A DNA stretch of 63,031 bases, filler included, from Thermoplasmatota archaeon (GCA_041623215.1; 11 parts of 11 records of this genome joined end to end with filler, not necessarily neighbours in it), one strand, 5' to 3'; positions 1 to 9,647 are shown, counted from the whole stretch's first letter. The notes: generated by a model from the sequence alone, not told the origin. A program made the numbers and translations.

Positions 1-743
1 CGGTACGCGATGCTTTGCTCATCCACGCGCTTGGCTTGCTCCTTGGTGGCCGTGTAGGCTTGAATGACTGGCATTCCCTGGATATTGTTCTCAAGGATGC
101 TATTGATGCGGCCGACCGCTTGGCGAGCGGCGCGGTAGCGCGGCTGCACACGGGTGGCAAAGAAGCGAACCGCCAGGATGGCCAACGGCATCGGCCCCAG
201 TAAGAGAAGGGCGAGTTGCCAATGCATCCAGAAGAGAATCACAAATGTCCCGACGAAGGTGACCACAAGGCGGACGATGCTGGTGGTCGCATCGGCCAGG
301 AAGTTCTCCAAGTTGTCCACGTCACCACTGACGACAGCCATGAGGTCGCCGGTTTGCCGGTCCTCTAGGTAGGTGACGTCTTCTCGTTGCAAGTGGTCGT
401 AAAGGCGTACGCGGATATCGTGGCGCACGTACTGGGCGACGCGGCTCCATAAGTAGTCGCTCACCGACTGGAAGATTGCCAGACCGATGAAGGTGCCAAG
501 CACCAGGACGCCGGCCCAGACGTAGTGCATGGGGTCGCGTTGGCCGCCGGCCGCGTCGTCCACCAGGGCACCAATGATGAGTAGCGGCAGAAAGTCGAAG
601 ACGCGCGCCAGGGCGTTGGTGACGATGCCGCCAATGGCGTGCCAGCGGTAGGGCCTCAGGTGTGGCCACAGGCGCCAAAGCTGGCGGCCTAGGATGCTAT
701 CCGACGCTTCGGGGACGGTGGTGTCCGGGATGCCGCCACTCAT
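1..743 (-). CDS. ABC exporter (fused permease/ATPase type), N-terminal transmembrane domain, partial (runs off window start)
   Basis: Manual translation from ATG 743 (not in ORF track): MSGGIPD...LRPYRWHAIGGIVTNALARVFDFLPLLIIG...IRVRLYDHLQ...RQTGDLMAVVSGDVDNLE...WQLALL...ENNIQGMPVIQAY; typical ABC_membrane signatures. Confidence 0.85.
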   Translation of the reverse strand, partial: MSGGIPDTTVPEASDSILGRQLWRLWPHLRPYRWHAIGGIVTNALARVFDFLPLLIIGALVDDAAGGQRDPMHYVWAGVLVLGTFIGLAIFQSVSDYLWSRVAQYVRHDIRVRLYDHLQREDVTYLEDRQTGDLMAVVSGDVDNLENFLADATTSIVRLVVTFVGTFVILFWMHWQLALLLLGPMPLAILAVRFFATRVQPRYRAARQAVGRINSILENNIQGMPVIQAYTATKEQAKRVDEQSIAY

Positions 744-830
744 GCGGGCGGGGATTGCCGCTTGGGCCTTGGGTGCATCGGCTGGGTGCGAATCCTGCGT
801 GCTCGCTGGCCGATGTGCCCACGGGCGGTC

Positions 831-2132
831 TTACTCGAAGGCAAGAACGTCCATGCCACGAAGGATGTCGCCCGTGAAGACGTAGCCCTTGTAGTAGCGT
901 GCCTCCCAGACGTTGCCGTCGTCGGGGTCGTGGGTGGCGATGATGCTGGGGCTCGCGGGGTTGCTGACGTCCAAGAGGATGGTGCCCGCCGAGTACCACG
1001 CCATGACGAGGCGGTCCGTGCCGGGAATGAAAGTGCCAAAGTGCGCCGTGCAGTTGGGCGTGACGGCGGGCGGGTTGTCCGGGTTGGGGCCGGCGCCTTC
1101 AAAGGGCGGACTGAACCAGCCGAGCAGCTCGGGTGCCGTTTCGTCGCTGATGTCGTAGAACCACAGGGCGCCAAACGGTGTCGAGAGGCCGGTGACGGGA
1201 TCGTAGGCGAGACAGGTGCCAGGGGCGCCGCCGCCGTTGTGCTCGTCGCCGACGACGAGGAGCGTGGCGTCGTCGTTGACGATGCTCAAGTGGTGCAGCG
1301 TGCGAATGGGATAGCTTCCGAAGACGGGGTTGCCTACAACGGGGCTGTCGGCGCCCTCGATGGTGGCAACGAGGGTAATGCCGAAGTCGGACGCACTGGC
1401 GTCAAAGCCATCTAGGTTCCAAATCTCGGTGCGGTCAATGCCGGCACAGTAGGCGCGGAACTTGTCGCTGCTGGCATCGCCGTAGAAGGCAATGTCGTGG
1501 CAACCGTGCGTGCCGTAGGTGCCAAGCACCACTGGAGCGTAGGGGTCGCTGACGTCCACGAGGTCGTTGGTGGTGCCGGCGCCGCCGCTCTGGCTGTTGA
1601 ACACCAGCGTGGTGCCTGGGATGACGGCGATGTTGTGGTTGGGATTCACATCGACGTTGGCGGCAAAGCGGGGGTCTGCGGGGTCGGTGACGTCCCATAC
1701 GTGCATGCCATCCGATTGGGTGGCAAGCACCAGGGTCACGCGGCCATCGCCGTGATCCACAATGTCCGCATCGCGGCTAAACGGCGTTTCCGAATCTTCG
1801 CCGCTGGCGTAAAGGAGTACGGGCGCCATGGGGTCATGGACATCGGCAATCCAGAAGCCGGTGCCGCCGCGACCAATGCCAGAGCCGTAGGCTAGGTCGT
1901 TGTGCAGCCAAATGCCTCCGGAGCCGGCAACGGGTTCGTCGTCGGCCGCGAGCAAGCGAGCCACGTGGACCAAGGCGCCGGCGTCACCGGGGCCAGGGTC
2001 GGCGCGGGGTTCGCGGGCGCGAAGGTCATCGCCAGAGCCATCCGTTTCGTCGTTGTCGGTGCCGTCGCCGAGGCAGCCGGCAAGAAGGGCGGTGGCGAGC
2101 AGGGTCAAAGTCAGAATCGTTGTGTGCTTCAT
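831..2132 (-). CDS. LVIVD-repeat beta-propeller lipoprotein (paralog 1)
   Basis: Lipobox LLAGC; repeated xxDVSDP/WFYDISD blades; GAGGTGA RBS upstream. Confidence 0.75.
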   Translation of the reverse strand: MKHTTILTLTLLATALLAGCLGDGTDNDETDGSGDDLRAREPRADPGPGDAGALVHVARLLAADDEPVAGSGGIWLHNDLAYGSGIGRGGTGFWIADVHDPMAPVLLYASGEDSETPFSRDADIVDHGDGRVTLVLATQSDGMHVWDVTDPADPRFAANVDVNPNHNIAVIPGTTLVFNSQSGGAGTTNDLVDVSDPYAPVVLGTYGTHGCHDIAFYGDASSDKFRAYCAGIDRTEIWNLDGFDASASDFGITLVATIEGADSPVVGNPVFGSYPIRTLHHLSIVNDDATLLVVGDEHNGGGAPGTCLAYDPVTGLSTPFGALWFYDISDETAPELLGWFSPPFEGAGPNPDNPPAVTPNCTAHFGTFIPGTDRLVMAWYSAGTILLDVSNPASPSIIATHDPDDGNVWEARYYKGYVFTGDILRGMDVLAFE

Positions 2133-2140
2133 GGTTCACC

Positions 2141-3379
2141 TCAGATGAGTCGTAGTACGTCCATGCCAAGGCCGGTGTCGCCAGTGTAGACGTGGCCCTT
2201 GTAGTAGCGTGATTCCCACGTGTTGGTGCCAGCGGCGTGGTGGTGGGCCACTTGCTGGGCATTGGCGGGGTCGCTGAAGTCCACGAGGACGGTGCCAGCG
2301 GAGTACCATCCCATGACCAAGAGGTCACGGTCTTCAATCGTGGTGCCAAAGTGGGTGGAGCAGTAGCGGGGGACCGGGCTGCTTTCGTCATCGGCCGTCA
2401 GTTGTTCCCATTCAATCTGGAAGTAGCCAATGGGCGTCGGCGTGCCAAGGTCGCTGATGTCGTAGAACCATAGGGCGCTGGTAGGGTCGCGGAAGGTTTC
2501 GCTGCATGGCGGCGAAGGCGCAGCCACGCCGGCAAATTCGTCACCCAGAATCAAGAGGTCGCCGCCACGGGCATCCCAGACGCCGTGATGGATGTTGGTG
2601 CCGGGCCAGTCAATCACTTGGATGATGACGGGGGCGGCGGGGTCGCTGATGTCCCAGATGGTGGTGTCGGTGACACCAGCACAGTACGCGCGCGCCAGTT
2701 CGGCGTTGAACGTGATGTCGTGGCACGTGGAGCTTTGCACGGTGCGCGGGACGCCGTTGGGGTCCATGATGACCGCCGGGAACGGGAACACGGTGACGGT
2801 GGGGTTCTCCGGGTCGGCAAAGTCAATGATGTCAACTTGGCCCGTTTCACCGGGGCCAGGGATGTGCCCGCTGATGCTGCGGGAGTTGTACACGAGGGTG
2901 GTGTTGGGCACAACCGCCATGTTGTGGCTGGAGACACTTGCCTCACTGACCACGTGGGCCGAAGCGGGGTCGGTTACGTCCACAAGGGCAACGCCGCCGG
3001 CTGAGAGAACAGCGTAGAGGCGACCGTTGGGGTGCTCCAGGATGTCAACGTCGCGGCTGGAAGTGTCTTCAATTTCAGTGGACAGCAGCACCGGGACGGC
3101 CGGTTCGGTGATGTCGAAGATGCGCAGCCCGGCGCCACCGCTCAGGTACGCCTTGTCGTCGTGCAGCCAAATGCCGGCCGCGCCGTCGGTGTTGGCGTTG
3201 GTGACGTATTCCATCCCAGTCACGGATTCCGGCAGCATGGAAGGATCCCACGTGAAGCCGGAATCTTGCATGGGTTCGTCGTCGTTCCCGGTGTCGGTTT
3301 CGTCGCTGTCGCCACCAAGGCAACCGGCCAAAGCAAGGCTGGCCAAGGCAAGGGAGGCCAGCACGGTAAGCTTACGCAT
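2141..3379 (-). CDS. LVIVD-repeat beta-propeller lipoprotein (paralog 2)
   Basis: Start MRKLTVL at 3379; lipobox ALAGC; LVDVTDP/IWDISDP/LVDFSDP repeats; clearly homologous to 831..2132. Confidence 0.75.
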   Translation of the reverse strand: MRKLTVLASLALASLALAGCLGGDSDETDTGNDDEPMQDSGFTWDPSMLPESVTGMEYVTNANTDGAAGIWLHDDKAYLSGGAGLRIFDITEPAVPVLLSTEIEDTSSRDVDILEHPNGRLYAVLSAGGVALVDVTDPASAHVVSEASVSSHNMAVVPNTTLVYNSRSISGHIPGPGETGQVDIIDFADPENPTVTVFPFPAVIMDPNGVPRTVQSSTCHDITFNAELARAYCAGVTDTTIWDISDPAAPVIIQVIDWPGTNIHHGVWDARGGDLLILGDEFAGVAAPSPPCSETFRDPTSALWFYDISDLGTPTPIGYFQIEWEQLTADDESSPVPRYCSTHFGTTIEDRDLLVMGWYSAGTVLVDFSDPANAQQVAHHHAAGTNTWESRYYKGHVYTGDTGLGMDVLRLI

Positions 3380-3595
3380 GGAGCCGCCGACAGGAGTGCC
3401 CTTTTTACTGTTTGAGGCGGCAGGACCGACGCTGCGAGACGTAATGCCGGCCCACCGGGGCCTGGCCACAGCGCCCCCGGCACATCCCATTAGGGGCGTG
3501 CCCGCGTCGGCCACTAGGGGACGTCAGAAGTCCCGCTGGTAGTCCACTCACGCGGGGGCGGTGGACCTTTGAGGCGAAGTGTCGCTCCGGGGCCC

Positions 3596-4456
3596 ATGCC
3601 CGGCGCGCCGGACGACGACCAGGGACCGGAAGAACGAGAACAATTCGTCGTTCCCCGCCCCCCGGCGGAGGCTTTGGATGCCGCCGCCGCTTACCTGGAG
3701 GGTGCCGGCATCGTTGCCACGCGACTCATTGGGCGCGTTGAGCGGCACGACGATGCGCTCATGGTGCATCACGGCCGCGTCACGACGCGGGTGCATGCTG
3801 ATCCCTCCGACGCGCGAGGTGGCGCGCCGCGTCCCGGCCACGAGGCTGCGGCATCGGCCTTGATCACGATCCAACGGGCGGGCCAGGCACCCTTGGAGGA
3901 AACCCGGCGCTGGTTGTACAGCTTGGGCCTTCTTGGCACCTTGCTGGCGTGGGCATTGGCGGTGTACAATCGCCGCAACCCTGACTTTCTTAGCCCGCTG
4001 GTGACGATTGCGCTCTTCTTCGTCGCCTTGCTGGCGGTCGTGGTGGGGCTCTACGTCGTGGACCGGAGCCTGGAACGCCGCAGCCGCAGCCTGGTGGCCA
4101 GCATCCAGGACGCCATGGCGGGCGACCCCTTGGCTGTGTTGCAGCGCGAAGTGGATGCGTTGGAGCGAACCAGTAGCGCCGTCAACGGCCTGCTGTTCTA
4201 TTGTGCCGCCATCATCGTGGAGTTCCTCGTATTTGCCACGCTCATGAGTAAGGGCATTCGGCAAGCCATCGATGAAGCGGTCACCGTCGAGGTCATGCAG
4301 TGGGGCTTCGGCATCCCAATCATCCCGGCGCTGCTGTTTGCCGGCGGCTTCTACCTCGCTGCCAACCAACTTCATGACAAGCGCATGGACCTGGTGCGCG
4401 AACGATTCCATGCCAACCGGTCGCCCGCTTTGGGTGGCCCGACGGCCGCTGCGTAG
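3596..4456 (+). CDS. Hypothetical membrane protein (about 4 TM)
   Basis: Long ORF; soluble N-terminal part, then two pairs of hydrophobic helices. Confidence 0.6.
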   Translation: MPGAPDDDQGPEEREQFVVPRPPAEALDAAAAYLEGAGIVATRLIGRVERHDDALMVHHGRVTTRVHADPSDARGGAPRPGHEAAASALITIQRAGQAPLEETRRWLYSLGLLGTLLAWALAVYNRRNPDFLSPLVTIALFFVALLAVVVGLYVVDRSLERRSRSLVASIQDAMAGDPLAVLQREVDALERTSSAVNGLLFYCAAIIVEFLVFATLMSKGIRQAIDEAVTVEVMQWGFGIPIIPALLFAGGFYLAANQLHDKRMDLVRERFHANRSPALGGPTAAA

Positions 4457-4505
4457 CCCAGCGCTTCGAGCGCCAACAACGGAGGTCGCGCCGACGCCGC
4501 AGCGG

Positions 4506-5651
4506 TCAGTACCACGGCATCATGGGTGCCAGGGCTGCCTGGCCCACCCAGAACACGACGGCAAGCGCCAACGGGTTGAGGATGTTGTCGGTAATGTGGA
4601 TGGGGACCGGGGCGATGGCATCCACCAACAAGAAGGCCGCCGCCGCCGCGACCGCCATCACAACGCCGGTGAACGGCAGAGCGACAGCGAAGGCCACCAG
4701 GGTCCCGGCGACGCTTCCCAGGTAGGTCTTGTTGTCATTGTGGAACCATTTCCGGCGACCAAAGCGCCGGCCAAATAGGGCGCTGGCGGCATCCGCAAAC
4801 ACGGTTACTGCTAGGACCGCTAGGATGGCGGGCACCGTGCGCGGCCACGTGGCCGCATCTTCGGCCAGCCACAAGGCGGCCAAGGGCAAGGTGGCGATGA
4901 TGTACAAGTGGGCGCCAAAGATGCCATGTTCCTTTTCCCGCAAGCGCGTCAAAATGATGGCCTTGAACGGGTAGCCCAGTTCAGGGAAGCGAAGGCGCAG
5001 AAGCTCGGTTGGCAGCAGCACAAAGAGCACCAGCAGGAGCGCGAAGATGCCTGTGTGGTGGCCGGCGGCTAACCACGGTCCATGCGCTACATGGTAGAGG
5101 TTGATGGCGGCCTCGCCGGCGCCCACCGGTTCCGCGCCGCCCTGAAACAAGCGCCACATGCCGAAGACCAGGTAATGGCCAGCGACCGCATACCAAACGA
5201 GGAAGATGCCCATGAGTAGGTGCGGGGTTTTGCGACGCGCTTCGTGACTCCATTGGAAGCGCTCGCGCAGCGTTTGCAACCGGGCTAGGCGGTCTTCTGG
5301 AACGGTGTCTGCCAGCAGGGCGTTCAGTCGTTCGCCAAACGACTCTCGAAACCGGTCAACCAAGTCTTGGTAGCGGCCTAGAGTCCAGGTGAGCGTCGCG
5401 ATGACGCCCCCAATGGCTGCGGCTAGGCTCCACAGCGAAAATGGCGCCGGGTGCAGGTCGGGTCGGAGCCACAATGCGGCGGCCAATCCGGCGAGGACCG
5501 GCACCGCCAGGCCGGCACTCCATCGATCGGCCAAGCGAACACGGAAGGCATTCACCGTGAAGCGCGCAACCAGCGCAGCGTAGCCAAGGATGATGAGGGC
5601 AAGGACGCGGTTGGTCCACACGGTGACAGGGCCAATGACCAGCTCATCCAC
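4506..5651 (-). CDS. CTP-dependent polyprenol/diacylglycerol kinase family (SEC59/DGK1/VTE5-like) membrane protein
   Basis: RRKTPHL, LREKE and ADAASALFGRRFGRRKW...KTYLGS...DN motifs; polytopic. Confidence 0.75.
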   Translation of the reverse strand: MDELVIGPVTVWTNRVLALIILGYAALVARFTVNAFRVRLADRWSAGLAVPVLAGLAAALWLRPDLHPAPFSLWSLAAAIGGVIATLTWTLGRYQDLVDRFRESFGERLNALLADTVPEDRLARLQTLRERFQWSHEARRKTPHLLMGIFLVWYAVAGHYLVFGMWRLFQGGAEPVGAGEAAINLYHVAHGPWLAAGHHTGIFALLLVLFVLLPTELLRLRFPELGYPFKAIILTRLREKEHGIFGAHLYIIATLPLAALWLAEDAATWPRTVPAILAVLAVTVFADAASALFGRRFGRRKWFHNDNKTYLGSVAGTLVAFAVALPFTGVVMAVAAAAAFLLVDAIAPVPIHITDNILNPLALAVVFWVGQAALAPMMPWY

Positions 5652-5805
5652 AGGGCGTCCACGAGGACAAGGGATTCAAAGCCGCCGAAGCGACACCGAT
5701 GCGCTCTGGTCACAAGTTGTCGTCGCAGTAGCCACTGGTGCCCGCTTCCGGCGCGGCCAACGTGGCTGCCCAAATGCCCACGGGGGCCAAAGCGCCAATC
5801 AACCA

Positions 5806-5905
5806 NNNNNNNNNNNNNNNNNNNNNNNNNNNNNNNNNNNNNNNNNNNNTTAATTAATTAANNNNNNNNNNNNNNNNNNNNNNNNNNNNNNNNNNNNNNN
5901 NNNNN
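5806..5905. other. Artificial contig linker
   Basis: N-run + TTAATTAATTAA + N-run, 100 nt. Confidence 0.98.
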
Positions 5906-6346
5906 GCGGATCCCTTGTCGCGCGTCAAGGCGGTCAGTTTTCTGCCGTACCTCCAGGCGCTCCGGACGGCGCAGGCAGCGGGCTTTGACGACGCGATATT
6001 GCCCAACGAAACCGGGCGGCTCGCCGAGGCAACCACGGCCAACCTGCTAGCTCGCTGTGGCAATCAGGTCCTGGCCCCGGGCGCCCGGGAAGGGGCGCTA
6101 CCGGGGACAATTCGTCGCGTGACGCTTGACCTGCTGGGTGCCGACGGCTACGACGTCGAGCATCGACTAGATGAATCCACGCTGTTGGCATGCGATGAAG
6201 CATGGCTGGCCAACACGACGGGGCTTGCAATCCCCGTAACGAGGTTCAACCACCAACCGGTCGGCAGCGGGGCACCAGGTCGCCTGTCGCGGGCTTTGCC
6301 CGAACGCCTCATGGCATGGCTGGAGGCGCATGGCCATGACGGATAA
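5906..6346 (+). CDS. Aminotransferase class IV (aminodeoxychorismate lyase PabC-like), 5'-partial
   Basis: K...GFDDAI...G.LAEATTAN...LPGTIR...DEAWLANT motifs; overlaps folP start. Confidence 0.8.
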   Translation, partial: ADPLSRVKAVSFLPYLQALRTAQAAGFDDAILPNETGRLAEATTANLLARCGNQVLAPGAREGALPGTIRRVTLDLLGADGYDVEHRLDESTLLACDEAWLANTTGLAIPVTRFNHQPVGSGAPGRLSRALPERLMAWLEAHGHDG

Positions 6347-7214
6347 TGGTGGCCCCGCCCCTCGCCGCGCGCCGTCGCTGCACGAGTGGTCCGTCCGCGG
6401 CGGTCATCGACGATGGGAAGGCTGTGCCATCATGGGCATTCTGAACGTCACGCCCGACTCCTTCAGCGACGGTGGCCGCCTGCAGGCAACGGACGCAATC
6501 GTCGACGCCGCCACGGCCATGGCGGAGGCCGGAGCGCTCGTGCTTGATGTTGGCGGGGAGTCAACTCGCCCCGGCGCGACGGCCGTCTCTCTGGAGGAGG
6601 AATTGGCACGCGTGGTGCCAGCCCTTCGGGCCATTGCCGGAGCCTTGCCCGAAGTGACCCTATCTGTGGACACGACAAAACCGGAAGTAGCCGCGCAAGC
6701 GTTGGCGGCGGGCGCCCATATCGTCAACGACGTGTCCGGCCTCACCCACATCGCGCTGGCAAAGGCCGCGGCCCAGGGCGGGGCGGGCATGGTGCTGATG
6801 CGACGGGACGACTGCGCTGGGGCGGACATTGTTGCCGAGGCAAGGGGGCAGTTGCAGGGAATTTGCGCACGGGCCCAGGAGGCGGGGCTCCGCAGCTCAC
6901 AGTTGATGCTTGACGCAGGCCTCGGCTTTGGCACCCTGCCCGGGCCCGACCCCGAGGCCAACCTTGCGCTCATTGACGCAACTGACGGGTTGGGGGCCGG
7001 GCGGCCGATGTTGGTCGGAGCAAGTCGCAAACGGTTTGTCGGGGCGCTTGCCAACGATAACAACCCGGCTGGCAGACGGCGGATTGAGATGAGTGTCGCG
7101 GTGGCCTGCCGAGCGGCTGCCGCTGGGGCCGCCATGGTTCGCGTGCACGATGTGGCCGACACGGCCCATGCCTTGTCGCAAGCAGGCTGGTTGGCGTCGG
7201 CCTGGGTGGAGTAG
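6330..7214 (+). CDS. folP: Dihydropteroate synthase
   Basis: IMGILNVTPDSFSDGG, DVGGESTRPGA, SVDTTK, VNDVSG, GASRKRF, VRVHDV. Confidence 0.95.
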   Translation: MAMTDNGGPAPRRAPSLHEWSVRGGHRRWEGCAIMGILNVTPDSFSDGGRLQATDAIVDAATAMAEAGALVLDVGGESTRPGATAVSLEEELARVVPALRAIAGALPEVTLSVDTTKPEVAAQALAAGAHIVNDVSGLTHIALAKAAAQGGAGMVLMRRDDCAGADIVAEARGQLQGICARAQEAGLRSSQLMLDAGLGFGTLPGPDPEANLALIDATDGLGAGRPMLVGASRKRFVGALANDNNPAGRRRIEMSVAVACRAAAAGAAMVRVHDVADTAHALSQAGWLASAWVE

Positions 7215-7229
7215 CACGAGCCGAACGGA

Positions 7230-8156
7230 CTAGTGGGTGTGCCCGTCGTCCGGGTCGTGGGCCGGCGGGTCGTGGGGGGGCCTTGGCGTAGCCGAACCGT
7301 GGTGGCCGTCTCCACTTCGGTCGAAGATGGGGCTTTGGCGAACGCCGAAGTTGCCATCCACGGGGGTCGCCTCGCCGGCGGTGCCGCCTTGCACTGCAAG
7401 CACCGTAACGTCATACGTCACGTCGCGGCCTAGCACCGCATGGTTCAGTGTGAAGGGATTGTGGCCGAAGAGGAGTTGGCTTCCTTCGGCGCCCTTGACG
7501 TAGTAGGATCCCGGTGCCAAATTCATGGGGGTGCTGCCGCCGAACGGAGCGGCCTGGATTGCAAACGTGGCACCCACCATGGGCTCCAAGGTCTGGGTGA
7601 TGGTGTCGCCGTCGATGGTCGTTACCAGGGTGGCTCCGACGTTGGGCAGGGGGTCTTGCTGCCCGGGTTCGGGCGTCACACGGTACGTAACTTCGGTGTC
7701 GTTCACGGCTTCCACGACGGCGTCAAAGAAGGTAAGTTCGAAGACCATGCCGACTTCGGGTTGTTGGCCCACGAAGGCCTCGAAGTCCTGGCGCGGGACC
7801 GCGCTTTGCGCGGGGTTGGGGCCAAAGATGCGCTCGGCCGTTGCGGCCTCGGGGAATGCCTCATTGATGTTTCCCTCGATCTGCACGCGCTTGGTGGCAT
7901 TAGCCGTGAGGCCCAACAAGGCTTGCTCGAAGGCGAGTCCAAGACCGCTTTGGCCGGAGCCGACCGGGAAGGAAGCAACAAGGTCAACCGCCGGGCTACC
8001 CGTCAGAGGGTCGACGAGAGGTTGCAGGGTGGCAGGGTCGAGAGCCGTAAACTGGATGGTTGCCACTGAGCCATTTGCGATGGTGCCGTCAGGGACGCCG
8101 AAGCACCCGGTGAGGGAGGCGGTCAGTAGAATTGCCATCACGAAGAGGCCACGCAT
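7230..8156 (-). CDS. Exported SlyD/FKBP-like lipoprotein with His-rich tail
   Basis: Lipobox SLTGC; F.VGSGQ...FEQALLG; NHAVLGRDVTYDVTVLAV resembles SlyD NHPLAGKTLxFxV; C-terminal HH..HD..HD...HTH. Confidence 0.6.
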   Translation of the reverse strand: MRGLFVMAILLTASLTGCFGVPDGTIANGSVATIQFTALDPATLQPLVDPLTGSPAVDLVASFPVGSGQSGLGLAFEQALLGLTANATKRVQIEGNINEAFPEAATAERIFGPNPAQSAVPRQDFEAFVGQQPEVGMVFELTFFDAVVEAVNDTEVTYRVTPEPGQQDPLPNVGATLVTTIDGDTITQTLEPMVGATFAIQAAPFGGSTPMNLAPGSYYVKGAEGSQLLFGHNPFTLNHAVLGRDVTYDVTVLAVQGGTAGEATPVDGNFGVRQSPIFDRSGDGHHGSATPRPPHDPPAHDPDDGHTH

Positions 8157-8257
8157 AGCCGTCCCACTAGGGCCCCTGATAAGGGAGTTTCGACCACGAT
8201 GCACCTTGCGGGGCGGCGGTGGATGGTCGTCGCCGGCGCCAAGGTCGGGCGCGCCAC

Positions 8258-9511
8258 CTAGGAAGTGCGGGTTGCCTGCGACACAAACCGGTCAATGCGG
8301 TCGAAGGCGTCGCCAAGCGTCGCCTCGTCCGGCAGAATCACGATTCGGAAGTGGTCCTTCCCGTACGTGGGACAGAACCCGGAGCCGTGCACGGTGAGAA
8401 CCTTCTCCTGTTCCAGCAAGTCGAGAACGAATGCCTTGTCGTTTGCCCAGGGCGCGCCCGTTGGATTATCTGCCAACGCCTCGATGCGCGGGAAGGCGTA
8501 GAAGGCGCCGTCGGGCTTCGCGCATGAAATGCCTTCAATCTCGTTCAGGCGCTTGACCGTCAGGTCTCGTCGGCGCCGCAGGGCGTCATTCATGGTCTGG
8601 ATGTGATCTTGTGGTCCATCCAGGGCCGCTGCGGCCGCGCGCTGCGCGATGCTGCTGGCGCAAATGCGGTTGCGAGCTACCTTGAGCACGCCTTCCTTAA
8701 TCGTCGACAAGCTGGCAACCGGGTCATTCCAAAGCGCGTGCCCCAGGCGCCAGCCAGGTGCCAAGTAGACCTTGGAAAAGCCGTTCAAGGTGACCATGGG
8801 GACGTCGGGTGCAACGGTGGCGGAAGCCACCTGGCGACCATCAAAGGTCATCTCATCGTAAATTTCATCGCTAATTAGGAAACATTGGTCGGCGTGTTCG
8901 CCCACAAGGTCCGCGAACCCCTTCACGACTGACTCATGGTACAACGCGCCCGTCGGGTTATTGGGATTGATGAGGCACACTGCCTTGGTCTTGGCACTCA
9001 TCTTGGCCCGTACATCGTCGAGGTCAGGCTGCCACGCCTCGTCTTCTAGGGTTTGATAGTGCACGGGCTTGCCGCCGAAGTACTGCACTAACGAGTCATA
9101 GGGGGGATACGCGGGACCGGGAATCAGCACTTCGTCACCCGGCAGGACACTTGCACCCAGCAGCATCTGCAGGACTTCCGTTACACCCGTACCAACCACG
9201 ACGTCGTCCGCTTCGTAGTCAACACCGTTGCGACGCTTTTCTCGACGCACGATGGCATCTACCAGGACCGGGTCGCCCTCGGATGCAGCGTAGCCATTGG
9301 CGCCTGACCTGGCGGCTTCGACCAACGCGTCCACCATATGTTGTGGGGGCTGGAAGCCGTACGGGATGGGGTCGCCGATGTTCAATTTCAGAACTTTGTG
9401 GCCTGCGGCTTCCAGCTTGCGCGCAGGCAACACCACGTCACGAATGGCGTACTCCACCTGCAGGGAGCGCGGCGCGGCGGCCAGCGGCGTTGTCGTTTGT
9501 GTGGCGGGCAC
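8258..9511 (-). CDS. PLP-dependent aminotransferase class I/II (alanine transaminase AlaA-like)
   Basis: VEYAIRD, LKLNIGDP, INPNNPTG, ISDEIYD, NGFSKVYLAPGWRLG; GTG start at 9511 inferred. Confidence 0.9.
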   Translation of the reverse strand: MPATQTTTPLAAAPRSLQVEYAIRDVVLPARKLEAAGHKVLKLNIGDPIPYGFQPPQHMVDALVEAARSGANGYAASEGDPVLVDAIVRREKRRNGVDYEADDVVVGTGVTEVLQMLLGASVLPGDEVLIPGPAYPPYDSLVQYFGGKPVHYQTLEDEAWQPDLDDVRAKMSAKTKAVCLINPNNPTGALYHESVVKGFADLVGEHADQCFLISDEIYDEMTFDGRQVASATVAPDVPMVTLNGFSKVYLAPGWRLGHALWNDPVASLSTIKEGVLKVARNRICASSIAQRAAAAALDGPQDHIQTMNDALRRRRDLTVKRLNEIEGISCAKPDGAFYAFPRIEALADNPTGAPWANDKAFVLDLLEQEKVLTVHGSGFCPTYGKDHFRIVILPDEATLGDAFDRIDRFVSQATRTS

Positions 9512-9647
9512 AAGACTGCAACTCGCCTTGCCTGAAAAGGACTGGCGCGTCCAAGCGGGACACGCGCCACACTGTGGAGGACTCATTCTGGTAGGCACAG
9601 AAGCGCTGACTTGGAGCCAGCCGGCGACGCGGTGCCCTCGAGGCAGG

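Noticed and set aside
322..678. 118-aa minus-strand ORF in the track
   Set aside because: Wrong frame; the real gene is the ABC transporter frame starting at 743
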